From: Podarcis gaigeae
Taxonomy: Eukaryota
DNA: 64,000 bases
Direction: 5' to 3' (one strand)
Assembly (NCBI GenBank): GCA_964106915.2
Contig: OZ066921.1
Shown: positions 47,712 through 60,691 of the stretch, piece by piece
How positions within the stretch are numbered: position 1 is the stretch's first letter
Layout of the letters: every line of letters starts with the position of its first letter
The notes under the pieces: generated by a model
The model's input: the letters and a program-made list of their open reading frames with translations, nothing else
Database searches by the model: none
What the model was told of the DNA's origin: nothing
Translations under genes and position numbers: made by a program

Positions 47712-50700
47712 CATATTATTCTGTGACATCTTGGTCAACCTAGCAAAGTCATCGTCCTAATGTGGCTTTTTGGAACTTATATTCTTCTGGGCCAACACAG
47801 CTACTTTTACCTTTTTGTGACAGTTGCAACAAGTAGATACACGCACACACTAAATAATGTCAGAATCCTACCTAATTGCTCGCTAAGAAACCACAAACTT
47901 AAAGCTCGATTCCTAAGCAAACCATCTAGTGGACCTAAATGTTGGAAGATTCAGTGCAGACCAAAGAAATGTACTTCTCCACACAGTACACGGTTGAAAT
48001 TTGCTCCTACAGGAGGTAGTGATGTTCGCTAACTTGGATGACTTTAAAAGAGGATCAGGAAAATTCACAGGGAATGTGTTGGCTCTGATGTCACAGGCAG
48101 TATGCCTCTCAATATTGGCTTAGCACTCTGTTCTCACAGTGGCCAGCCAGATGGCTGTGAGAAGCCTGCAGGCAGGAGTTGGAACACAACAACATTTTGA
48201 GCAGAATTAAAACACAACCACTACAGCAGTAGCCACTGATAGACTTCTCCTCCATGAATTTGCAGGAGTGAATCCCACAGTGCTGCTATGTGAAGAAGTA
48301 CTTTCTTTTGAAAAATGTGCCCCTTGATTCCAGTTGCTGGGGATCCCAAGTGAGGAAAGTGCCACTGCACTCAGGTTCTGTTTGCAGACTGCCTTTTTAT
48401 TATATATATGTGTGTGTGCGCGCGTGCGCACCCAGTAGCACCTTAGAGACCAACTAAGTTTGTTCTTGTTATAAGCTTTCGTGTGCATGCACACTTCTTC
48501 AGATACACAAACAGACATAGCCAGTGGAGGCTACAGTCTTAGGAACATGGGAAGCTGTCTCAGTACTGAGTCAGACCATTGGCAGAGGGTCTCCAGGGGA
48601 TTCAGGCAGGGATCTCTTCTGCATGCAAAGAAGGTGCTCTAATGTGTCCACAAAATGCATAAGCCCCATTGAACTCTATAGGGTTTGCTTCTAAGGAAAC
48701 ATGTTCAGGGGTGTGTTGCACAGCTCACATGACTGATGCATTGAATTGGGTGGCACCACTTGTGCAAGCCCTGCGATGGGAACTGTGTATTGCTGCACTT
48801 TTTGTATTTGACTATTGGGCAATGCCGGATGCATCTGACCTTTGGTCTTCAGCGAAGGTTTTTTTTACCATAAAAGGCAGGCCTCGCCCCAACCTCCTCC
48901 CAGCTGGCCTGGTTTGCTTCACTCAAGTCATATCCTGTGGCTTTCCTTTCTGCTCAGAGTGACCCGGTTTGTCTTTTGTACTGATAGGTTACCTGATTCG
49001 ATTGCAAATAACATATATGACCATATATGGTGAGAGAGAAAGAAGGGGGGAAAGAATGAAAAAACTTCCTCTGAATCAGAAGTGTGTCTTTTGGGTGTTA
49101 TTCACAGAGGAAGCACACAGACACACACAAGCACACACTTTCTTTCCCTTTCTCTGTCTCTCGGTTTTGCAATAGACTTTCAGATCCTGCTGCAGATTAG
49201 CACAGAAGTGGAAATACTTTTTTCTTCTCCTGCTATAGTGGGTGGGTGGGGCAGGGCGGATTGGGGGAGATGCCCGAGTCATCACATAGGCATTGCTGTG
49301 TAAGCATTACATGTTGTGCTGTGGTTGCGATGCTGCTTGTAAATGGCAGGAAAACATATACCGAATCAGACCACTGGACCACTTGGCTCAGTACTGTTCA
49401 CAACAGGGGTGGGGAACCTCTCTAGCCTGCCCTTGGTGTCTCTCACTTCCACCCTCTCTTGCAGAATGCCTGACGGCAGAAGGATGAGTTTCAATATATT
49501 TGTACGCTTCCATCTAGCTCAATATTGTCCTCGTTGTCTGGTAGCAGCTGTCCTGTCTGTCTTAGGCAAGGAAGCGTTCCCAGTCCTGCTTTGGGATGCT
49601 GAGGATTGAAGCTGGGACCTTCTGTTGCATGGGCTCTGCCACTGAGCCACAGCCCTTCCTAAGTGCTGGATTTTAGTATATTTGTATCCTGCTTGCAGAC
49701 GGAAGGTTTTGTAACCTGTTTTTCAGTCCAAAGCATTCAATGCAGCTAACAAAGTCTGGAGAGCACAGTGTGAAATGTACAAGCATTCAAAAGCAAATAG
49801 CAGGCTGTTGCTTGTCGGGAGGCATATGTATGTGGGTGTATAGAAACCACTGCTTTTTGTGCAGCTGGAGTGTAGGCTTCTATACAAAAGATAAAGCTTG
49901 CATCCATCCTGTGGAGGCTGGGGACTGGGGCACTTTCCCACCAACCTCAGCCTGTCCCCACTTGCCTTCTTTCTTAGCTCCAACCAGACAGGGTGTGCCT
50001 CTGCCTTCCACTGACTCTGGCTCCACCAACTGTCCCAAATGGTGACCTGTCAAACTTGACGTGGAAAATGTAGAGAGGATCACCATCTGGTCTGCTGGCC
50101 ACATCCAATTCCCAACCCCTGAAATAAAGGGATGCAGTTGCATGGATGAGTGGAGAAGATTGGTTTGACCTCCTTGCTGAGTAGATTCTCGGGCAGATCC
50201 ATCCCATACATTTAAAGCACTTCCAGTCCACACACAATTTCCCGCAAAGAGTCCTGGGAATTGTATTTTGTGCAGGGTGCTGGCAACTGGAACTTCTTAA
50301 CTCGGTGCATAGATAAGATATGGAGCTCACTGCCACAGGAGATGGAGATGGCCACCAACTTGGACAAATTGAAAGAGGATAAGGCTCTCATAAGGCTACT
50401 AGCCAATGGTGGCTATGTTGTGCTTCCCTGGCTAGAGGTAGTAATGCTTTTGTGTACCAGTTGCAAGAGACCACATAAGGGAAGAGTGCTCTTGTGCTTG
50501 AGTCCTTCTTGTGGGTTTTGCACAGGCATCTGGTTGGCCCCTGAGAGAAGAGAATGATGGGCCATTGGCTTGTTTCAGCAGGGCTTGTCTTAAGCTCTTA
50601 ACCACAGCTCCCAGAATTCTCCAGGGAAGGCTGTGTGCTTCAAATGTGTGTTGAATGCCCTTTAAATGTATGCGTGTTTCAGCAGAAAACTCAGGTTCAT

Positions 50701-51782
50701 TGTTGAATGATGCAAGGGCCCTTTGCTTGAAGGAAGAGGAGGATTTCAGAGGCAATTCTTGCCCCCCCAGCTGAGTCCTTAACAGTAACAACGCCATCAC
50801 GCCATAATGCGTCTCATAGCAGCAGCTAAATTGCCTATTATAAGTAAGTGATTTACAGCCAACCACAAGGCTTTCAAATCAATAGCAGGCTGAGTGCAGG
50901 GAGAGAAAAACCCACAACTGAGGCAGCTACTTTAAATAACTATGTGGGGGGTGGGGAGGTCTCTCCTTATTTTTGTCATGACTCAAACATGATGGTTTTG
51001 ATGTATCAGCAGCTGAAGCAGCAGCAAGACTTTGCAGGGTAAATGAATTGACCACACTGCAGTTTCTTTATGACTACTTGTGTAGGAACAGCGAGATCTT
51101 AGCCAGCTCAGTCTCTAGAGAGTCAGTCAGCACTGAAAACTGGAGAAATTTTGCACCCAGAATGTGTACCACAGTGGCAACGGACGCTAGGATGCTGTTT
51201 CCCAGCTAAGCCTAGTGTTGTTTCAAAACCCATCATCCTATTTCACACAAGTTTTTTTCCCCTCACTGTGAAAGAGGCTTCCATTTTTAAGAACATAATA
51301 AGAGCCCTGCTGGATCAGGCCAGCAGCCCAGCTTGTCCAGCATCCTGTTCTCACAATGTCCAACCAGATGCCTCTGTGGGAAACCTGCAAGCAAGACCCA
51401 AAGGCAAGATCGCTCTCTTCCCTTATGTGGTCTCTTGCAACTGGCATTCACTGCCTCTGACTGCCCAATCAGCATGAAAAAGAAACTTTACAGCCCCTGA
51501 CAAATCTTCTCTCTCTTTGTGCTGATTGAAGCCTCTCAGAGTGAAAAGAGGTGAGTCATCTTGAAGATTGGCTCCTGGGCTTACCCTGGAGAAGATGTGT
51601 GGGAAGAACACCAAGGAAGGGTAACGTTCTGTACGCATTTAGGAACAGTGAACATGTTTTAGTTTCAAGAGAATGGGGTGCAAGTTCTGTTAAAGATAAT
51701 GGCCCTTCAAGGCCTAAATCACTTTGGAAAAAATAGATTGGAGCACTCCAAATCATTTGACAATGTATGTACACTGAAAATA

Positions 51783-52024
51783 CAGTGGTACCTCGGGTTA
51801 AGTACTTAATTCGTTCCAGAGGTCCGTTCTTAACCTGAAACTGTTCTTAACCTGAAGCACCACTTTAGCTAATGGAGCCTCCTGCTACCGCTGCACCGCC
51901 AGAGCCTGATTTCTGTTCTTATCCTGAAGGAAAGTCCTTAACCTGAAGCACTATTTCTGAGTTAGCGGAGTGTGTAACCTGAAGCGCATGTAACCTGAAG
52001 CGTATGTAACCCGAGGTACCACTG
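51783..52024. mobile_element. Tc1/mariner (Tigger/pogo-like) MITE
   Basis: TA|CAGTGGTACCTCGGGTTA ... TAACCCGAGGTACCACTG|TA; internal TAACCTGAAG repeats. Confidence 0.9.
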
Positions 52025-52847
52025 TAGTATATTTAGTTAGAAGGCAACATGTGGATATCTGCATTGATTGTTGTACTGCATCCAGAATTATTATTATTGT
52101 ATAAAATTATTGCATAATTTTACAAGATTATATAATCTTGGGAGAGAGTGTGGCTGTTACTATCACGAAGCGACCCTGAATTTGCCATTATGCTATTGCA
52201 TGGAGAAACTAGGCTATCATATTTTCCCAGGGTCCATTTCAAAAAAGAAACATAGGTCTCCCTATCTAAGCAATGATCTCTATTTGCTCTATTTCTCAGG
52301 ACTGGATTGTTTGGGAATTTCACAGCTGAAGGAAACTCCCTTTTTCGAGCATTACTAATTTATAGGCAACCTTTGCCAACCGACTCATGTCCTGAGGAAG
52401 CTTCCTTCCAAATAAACTCATTATGATTTACTAGTATTTTCTCCTCTCTGTTCTTTTGATTTTCGGTTTTAGTGCGACCGATCTCTCTTGTTGCTGCTTC
52501 ACTGGACATAACATGCAGGTTGACCTTAGTGTTTCGGCTGCAAGGCTATAACTTGCCTTTAATGATCTCTCCCTGTCATGTGGGCAAAGAGCGGCAACAT
52601 GGGAAGCTGCCTTGTACAGAGTCAGATCATGGATCCATCTCACTCAGTACTGCCTGCACTGACAGGCAGCGGTTCTCCAGGATTTCAAACAAGAGACATT
52701 CCAAGCCCTACCTGAAGATGCTGGAGACTGAACCTTGGACCTTCTGGATGCAGAACAGATGCTCTACCACTAGGATTCTGCAGGGATTCGGTTTCTCTTA
52801 GTTTCTCATTTTCCCCCAGTCTTAAATCCAATTATCCACATCAGCTT

Positions 52848-53007
52848 GTAACGGAACAGGTTGCTTCTGGGTTTCACCGCTCGCACATGCGCAGATGCTC
52901 AAAATGATGTCATGTGCATGTGCAGAAGCGCAGACGCGGGTTGCGTTCTGCTCAGGATGCGAACGAGACTCCGAAACGGATCCCGTTCGCATCCAGAGGT
53001 ACCACTG
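52848..53007. mobile_element. One-ended Tc1/mariner MITE fragment
   Basis: Only the right TIR GAGGTACCACTG|TA is present; left limit approximate. Confidence 0.6.
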
Positions 53008-53423
53008 TATATCACATTTTTGCAAAGCAATTAGCCATCATATAATGTACTTTCCTATTCTATTTCCACTAATATATACATTCTTTATGCATGCTGGGAT
53101 ACTCATTTGTGTACACATGACTTGGCTGGACAACTGCATTGCGAAATTCAGAGAAATGTGGATTTTTGAAGGATGGCCGTGTTTCAGTTTGTGTTCTGTT
53201 TCGGAAAGTTTGAATTAGGTTGGAAGAATGGGATTAAATTTCTCCCCCATCCCTTTTTGCTGCTGAGCTACGGCCCTTCCCTGGGGAACGATAGATACAC
53301 ACAGAGAAACTGTTCTCATGAACATAAAAAGAGTCAAGAACATAAGAATTTGGCAAGCCTAGCATCTTGCTTCCCACAGTAGCTAATAAGAAGCCTCCAG
53401 GAACCCAGAAGAGTTCCTGGGGG

Positions 53424-53669
53424 GAAGAAGAAGAAGAGTTTGGATTTGATATCCCGCTTTATCACTATTCTAAGGAGTCTCAAAGTGGCCAACAATCTCC
53501 TTTTCCCTTCCTCCCCCCACAAACGCTCTGTGAGGTGAGTGGGGCTGAGAGACTTCAAAGAAGTGTGACTGGCCCAAGGTCACCCAGCAGCTGCATGTGG
53601 AAGAGTGGAGATGCGAACCCAGTTCCCCAGATTACGAGTCTACCGCTCTTACCCACTACACCACACTGG
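53424..53669 (-). mobile_element. Squam3-like SINE
   Basis: Reverse-complement copy of 830-1084. Confidence 0.8.
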
Positions 53670-54532
53670 GAGGGATTGATTGTTAAACCACTCTGTGAAT
53701 TGTAGCTCTGGAAGGGAAATGGGGGTCTCCTAACAACTCCCAGCCACTGAGAGGACAGAATGCTGGACTAGATGGGCCACTGGCCTAATGCAGCAGGCTC
53801 TGCTTATGTTCTTATCTTAAATCATGCTGCCAATCAGTGCGTCTCTATTTGTCTGTAGCTGACAAATAACGTGAGCAAATGCCAAACCATTGCCTGTCAG
53901 CACTAGAGGGGAAACGCTGCCATAGAGCCTAATTAATCTCCTCTCAGTTGTGATTGATTTTTGACTGAGTCAAGCAGGACAGTGTCCCACGAGATCTCCA
54001 GACTTTGGTTTTTAGTCTGTCATCAGCTGCTGCTCTTTGACGTTCAGAAGCAGAGGGAGTCATTCTCAACCCCGGGGTGAAAAAAGGGACAATGTCGGAG
54101 AGAGCTGCAGATGGATCAGTTTTCCTCAGACTGGTCAAATTCAGCGTTAAATTGTTTTGCTTGGAGCCCCCTCACACCTAAAGGGACAAAAGCTTGACAT
54201 TTTAAGACAAAGAGGAAAAAGCAGAATCTCGTAAAGGAGCAGCCAGATCTGTCAAGAGTTCACAAGTCTCTTAAATGCTAGGGCAAAGAGGAAATGAAAA
54301 ATGGATTAGATTTCTTAACAGCTTTGAAGCATCACAGGGTGAGGTGTTATACTGCAATGCTGCTGCCTGCTTTTTGGGTGACATGGGAGACAGTCTGGAG
54401 AGTGGGCTTTGCAGTCTGAAGGAAAATATATCTGGAGACTTCCTTAACTTGCCAAATGTGGAAAAAGAACCGGGAAGCCCAACATGATGGGAATAATAGA
54501 CTGGGTCTCCTATTCATAAAATGAGTTTGAGT

Positions 54533-54935
54533 ACATAAGAGGATCCTGCTGAATCAAGCCAGTGGCCCATGTAGTGTAGCATCCTGTTCTCACAGTGGCC
54601 AACCAGATGCCCATGGGGAACCCATAAGCAGGACCTGAGCTCAACAGCACTCTCCCCTCTTGTGGTTTCTCACAAGTGGAGGTAGAACATAGCCATCAGG
54701 GCTAGTAGTCATTGGTAGCCTTCTCCATGAATTTGTCTAATCCTCTTTCAAAGGCATCTGAGTTGGTGGCCATCCCTGCCTCTTGCAGGAACAGATTCCA
54801 TAGTTTCTATGTGCCTTGTGAAGAAGGACTTCCTTTTGCCTGCGCTGAACCTTCCATTATTCAACTTCATCAGTTGTCCCCTAATTCCAGAATGATGAGG
54901 CAGGGAGAAAAGTTCTTCTCTGTCCACTTTCTCCA
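54533..54935 (-). mobile_element. CR1 LINE 3' fragment (approximate limits)
   Basis: Minus-strand MEKVDREELFSLPHHSGIRGQLMKLNNGRFSAGKRKSFFT is a CR1 ORF2 C-terminus remnant. Confidence 0.78.
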
Positions 54936-55788
54936 TACCGCCAGTCGGGGTTGTTGTCAGGGAATGGCTGAGCCCTAGGTCTTTGCCTTAAGGTTCTGGA
55001 TCTCCTGCCTTCCACCCCCCCACCCCTGCTTTAAAACTTTTTTTAAAAAAAGCTTATGGATCACATAAACACACTGCAAGTGCCAGTGGGACCCTGGGCA
55101 TCTTCCATCTTCAACTGTGGAGGGCCCAATCCATACATAGCATACTGATCCCCAGGAATCCTGTTTGTGCCCCACAGCTCAGAACAAGCCCTGACAGGGA
55201 CAACCAGAGTTTCGTTTCTTTCTCTCTGCACGTCAACCTAAATCTGCATCTATGCATAAGCAGAAGCAAGCTCAACGCAAGCTGTCCCTGTGGGCCTCTA
55301 CCGTGTGTCTCGTGAGGACCTGGAAACCAGTCTATTTCACTCCCAAATTCTAGAGCCGTGTACATTTAAAACAAATGCCTTCCCCCAAAGAATCCTTGAG
55401 GCGTGCTAGGAATTGTAGCTCTGCGAGGGGTCAACTACAGTTCCCACGGTTCTTTCTGTGGTGGGTGGGAATGCACTTTGAATGCATGGTGTGTACACAG
55501 CCTGGGATTACAAGGAAGGTTGAAAACATTGAGCTAAAACGGCCCCATCCTCTGTGTCACCAGGCTGTTCCTTCTCCCACTACCATGGATGCCCGCTTGC
55601 CACCTCCCACACCGCAGTCCCCATTGGCTGGTTGCCTGCCTGCTGCTTCCCACACAGCACTCTTAGACTGCATCTTAGACAGGACAGCTTATTCCATTTC
55701 CCTCCCTGTTAGTTTCCCCATGAAATTGGGGCTTTCACATGATTTAGAAGCCACTTGGGGAAAATTATTAGAATCTAGGGCTTGCTTA

Positions 55789-56156
55789 CAGGGACGCGGG
55801 TGGCGCTGTGGGTAAAAGCCTCAGCATCTAGGACTTGCCAATCGTATGGTCGGCGGTTCGAATCCCCACGGCGGGGTGAGCTCCCGTCGTTCGGTCCCAA
55901 CTCCTGCCCACCTAGCAGTTCGAAAGCACTCTTAAGTGCAAGTAGATAAATAGGTACCGCTTTCTAGCAGGAAGGTAAACGGCATTTCTGTGTGCTGCAC
56001 TGGTGCTGGCTTGCCAGAGCTGCTTCGTCACGCTGGCCACGTGACCCAGAAGTGTCTCCGGACAGCGCTGGCCCCCGGCCTCTTAAGTGAGATGGGCGCA
56101 CAACCTTAGAGTCGGACACGACTGGCCCGTACGGGCAGGGGTACCTTTACCTTTAC
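55789..56156 (+). mobile_element. Sauria SINE, distinct subfamily
   Basis: Same head and (ACCTTT)n tail with a different 3' body; TSD CTAGGGCYTGCTTA (55775-55788 / 56157-56170). Confidence 0.88.
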
Positions 56157-57876
56157 CTAGGGCCTGCTTAGCTCTCCGTTTTATTTGATTCCGGGGGGGG
56201 GGGATTACTTGCAGCCCCCTCAACCCAGAAAACTGTGGGAGAGAGTAGCGATGCTGTCCAGTGATGCTTGTTGTTGTGTCACACCGCGCCCACTGCTGTG
56301 AATGAAATTCAGTGCGGCATGCCAGTGTATCTGTCGGAAGAGCCGCAGTTCCATGACACCACAGGCACTGCAGTGTAAACAGAAAATTAGAAAATGGGAA
56401 AGAAAACTAACACAATGTTCTTCAAATCTGAATGCTTCCCTGTCCTGCTTTCAACCTCCAGGAACTGCAGGTTGTTGTTATTGTTGTTGTTGCTGCTTTC
56501 CTTGATCTCCCATCTCAGTTTCCAGCGGCTACTACAGCGTCTGAGAATCCTCCCGTTCCTTCCACACCCGCGGCAGAGCCCTATCAGCCCAAATGGCAAC
56601 AGAGCTTCAGCCAAGTCGGAAAGGCATTTCCCACAAAGAGTGACCTCTTCGCGAGCTGACCCTCTTGGTTTTTGCTGAGTTAACAGAGACGAGCGACAAA
56701 AGTGCTCCCTCCGCACTGCCGGTTCCTCTGTGGCTGGAAAGGGTTATGCTACAGGAAACACCAATAGGTTGCTTCAGCATTTCTGCAGGCTTCGACCTGA
56801 GAGGTCACATTTCAGATATTCCCAGCACAGCAGCCTTGAGTAGTGCAAATCAGGATGCCACTGTTGAATGCTATGGGGCAAACCCAGCTTGCATGTTGTC
56901 CCCAGACAGAGAATGCGAGGGTGAGGAGGGGAGGCTGAATTTCCTCTTCTTTGATTCTCCATGGCAAACCCTTCCAGCCCCCACATAAGCAGCGCCCATC
57001 CAACAATATTTTCAGCCTAAAAAACACAACAGTTGTTTCCAAGGTTCCTTGCCTATCTACTCCTGCATCCTGTTCTCACCGTGGCCAGCCAGATACCTAT
57101 GGTCAAACCAGCAAGAGCAACACTCTTCCCACTTGTGTTTCCCAGCAGCTGACATTCATAGAATCATAGAATTGTAGAGTTGGGAGGGGCCTCCAGTCCA
57201 TGCTGCCTCTGACAGAAGAGGCAAACCATTCATTCATCAAGACTTTAGCTGATCCACTTGACCGCATTTAAGGTTTGGTGGCTAGGAACTGCGACAGTGG
57301 GTTGTTTCACTGATATTGCGGGTGGATCCAGGACAAATCTGGACTTTTCTGGGCAAGGTTGACTCCACTGATGGCCCTATCCCTGAAAATGCTGCTAGAA
57401 CATACATCATGACTAGAACCAATCCCCCGACTGAGCTGCATCTTCCAGCCTGTACAGGGGACAGTTCACACAAACCAGCTTCCTAATGGGGATTTTTGGC
57501 TAGTCCATTATTATATACATAAATAGGTCTCTTGCGTGGGGTAATGTTAGGTTGCCATGACAATGGTTGTCGAGATCTCTTGCAATAAATTGGTTGTTGG
57601 GTAGTGGGTAAGAGAATTGTAAATATTTCTGTGTTTAATTGGGAAGTGTTAGGAATTTTCTGTTATGAGAAAGCAGCTGCTACATCCTTGCAAGAAGTCA
57701 TGTCCCCTGCAGGTTACCAGTAACTGTGGAACTGATAGCAGCTTCAGGAGGGGGAGGATTTTCTTCAGCACAAGCAAACACATCGTTTTAAAGGAAAAAC
57801 AGGCAGATTAAATGCATTTAACATATCACCCAGGAATTTGACCTTAAGAAGTTTGGCCTTCTGAAAGCTTTGCGAG

Positions 57877-57995
57877 GGTTCAGCTCCAGGTCAGGAAGTA
57901 AGAGGTGGCACAGTGGTCTGATTTGGATCTCACTTTTCGGGCTACCTGACCTACCTGTTCACCGGTGGAAGTCCGCTGAGGTCATTTCGAGGTGA
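57877..57995 (+). promoter_or_regulatory. Two DR5 nuclear-receptor (RAR/RXR-type) elements
   Basis: GGTTCA-gctcc-AGGTCA (57877-57893) and AGGTCA-tttcg-AGGTGA (57979-57995), both fit RGKTSA-N5-RGKTSA. Confidence 0.5.
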
Positions 57996-60443
57996 CCCGT
58001 TTATTGAACATTCATCCTGCTTTGTAAGCACAATGTTTATTGGTGGGTTATACAACACCCACAGGCTACTGATCATTCACTCTGGTTTGCTTGTGTTAGC
58101 ATATAGAGTTTACACACAGCGGCAAAGGTTAATTGAATCCTTGCTTGCAGCACACCTTTACCTGAAAGGAATTCCAACCGAGATTTTGTATAAAATAAGA
58201 AAGCTTGTGTTTATTAAGAGGTGTACATTCTTGACAGGAAAGAGTTCTATAACTCCCAGCTAACCATCTAGTTGAAGAAACAAAAAGACATGCCTGTCTA
58301 TTCATTCTCAGAAGATGGCTCCAGATGACCTCTTGCCTGGAGGTTCCGAGAAAGAATGCGAGGAGGGGCAGGAAGTTGTAAACTGGATGCAACCTAAGAG
58401 TATCACTCTAAGCTTCAAAGAAATAGAGGGAAGTCAGCATAGAGATAAAGTTACAAGGGTAGTCTGGGAAGCTGGAGGTCCCCCACTCTTTCTGCCTTAA
58501 CCCTTGCAACCCCTCTCAGCAAGCTGACCTGTACCTAAACTTCCAACAATTTGCAAGGAAGTTATATGATGTTGTTATCCCACACTTCCTGGTGCATCTT
58601 CCGGTGCACTTCCCTGTCTGCATAAAATCAGTGCTTTGATGCTGGGGTTTTTGGAAGCAGAATTGTTTCACAAGAGTGCCTAATCTACTTTAATTGCATG
58701 ACCTGAATTTGCCGGTTTGCCATTGAATCCCACCCACAAAAGAGCAAAAAATCTGGAAGCGGCCTTTATGCTTTAATTGCTGAAAGAAAGAAAGCATCAT
58801 CAACCACATTGCACTATGATTGCAACATTCCCTGAGAGGCAGTGCACAGCATTTCACAATATACATTTCAACACCTACTTTGTGCCATTGACTTCACGCT
58901 TAAAGCATCGAACCACTTCTCAGCAAAGAATATATCTGTAACCCAGATAATGGCGATGATGAGCGTTACTCAACTGCTTCCAAGATGCAGATCCCAGATT
59001 CAGGGGGCGAGATTTGGGCAAAGCTTAACAGCTCTCAGCAACGCTGCCTACTGAGTTCAGAGAGCAGATCGAGAATAGCAACCAATGGAAACAGCTGGCA
59101 GGATTTAGGTCAGTTGAATGTAATTACCCAAGTTGGAGTGTGGCCAGGATACCTGAGCTTCTATTTCCAAGTAAATTGCCGTGGGATTCACAACACGAGG
59201 AGCTGAACTCTGCCTGGGGACAGATACTTAACCGCCCAAAGGAGACTTTAAATCCCTAATGCAGCTTGCTCAGTTGTGCTTGGTGGTTATGGAAAATCTC
59301 TCACTTGATTAAATTCAAGCAGATGACAAACACTACTGAGAAGAAAAGTCCTAGACTGAACTGTCTTATTATTGATGGTTTTGTAACATTGAAAAATAGA
59401 AGGGTTCCCTTCAATCTAGGAATGGATGCATCCATTTGTTTCACGTTCTCTGTGTTTCTCCATTTCCCCATATTAAGGTCAGGTCTCCGTATTTCCACAT
59501 CATTTTGCAAATTATTCTTTTTTTAAAAAAAAAAGTCCTCATTTATTTATTTATTTAAGACATTTCTATACTGTTTAATTATTCACATTTCTAAGCAGAG
59601 TGCATAAAACAATCCACTGAAAATGGGAGAATAAAACAAGCACAGTTTATCATCAAACCAAACATAAAACCAAAATGAAAATTTATCTGCACTTTAGTTC
59701 ATATTGCTCCAAATATACTGTACACCTTTTGTATGCAATCTACACATTTTTGCAGAGCAATTATTTGTTGCATTTATAGCCTACCTTTCCTCCAGGGAGC
59801 TCAAGATGGTATACCTGGTTCCCTTCCCTCCCATTTTATCCTCCACCACAAACCTGTGAGGTAGGTTAGGCTGAGAGACTGGTCCATGATCACTCCATGA
59901 AGCTTTGTGGCTGAGTGAGGATTTGAACACTGATCTCCCAGGTCCTAGTCCAACATTCTAACCACTATACCATGCTGGCTCCCATGCATTTTGCATGTTA
60001 TTTTTCACTAATATATGCATTTCTATGCACATTTTCCCTCTATCATATGATTTTTTGTACATTGCAAAATTCAGAGAACTGTGAATTTTGAAGGATGGCT
60101 GTGTTTCAGTTTGCATACTGTTGCAGAAAGTTTGCATTTTTATGATGAGAGAAATTTTTTGTTACTCATCACTGATATGGAGTACAATCACCTCTTTTTG
60201 TGGTTTGTGGCAATCATTTTGTGCTGGCACCCCTGGCTTCCCATTATGCTTGGAACTGCTATCCAGAACACCTATGTGCAGTTGTGGACTTTGGGCTCTC
60301 AAATTTCAGTGGCGCCATGTGTGATGCTAAAATTTGGCAAAACAACCCCCCGCCGCCGCCTCTTGCACTCTGCTCTACATCATTATTGCAGCACACTAGT
60401 ACGGCCAAACTGGTCATCCTACTCTAATGCCACCTCTGCTTAC

Positions 60444-60691
60444 ATGATGATGATGAAGAAGAAGAGTTTGGATTTGATATCACTACCCTAAGGAGTCTCA
60501 AAGCGGCTAACATTCTCCTTTCCCTTCCTCCCCCCACAAACACTCTGTGAGGTGAGTGGGGCTGAGAGACATCAAAGAAGTGTGACTAGCCCAAGGTCAC
60601 CCAGCAGCTGCATGTGGAGGAGCGGAGACACGAACCCGGTTCCCCAGATTATGAGACTACCGCTCTTAACCACTACACCATGCTGGCTCTC
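60444..60691 (-). mobile_element. Squam3-like SINE
   Basis: Reverse-complement copy of 830-1084 with a small deletion near the tail. Confidence 0.8.

Noticed and set aside
53899-53914. Possible CTCF site GCACTAGAGGGGAA
   Set aside because: Mismatches at key positions (lacks the CC start and the GGC end); too weak to call
56387-56716. ORFs with poly-Leu / poly-Asn that look like a signal peptide or low-complexity protein
   Set aside because: The runs come from a (TTG)n microsatellite; no supporting exon chain or homology that I can recognise
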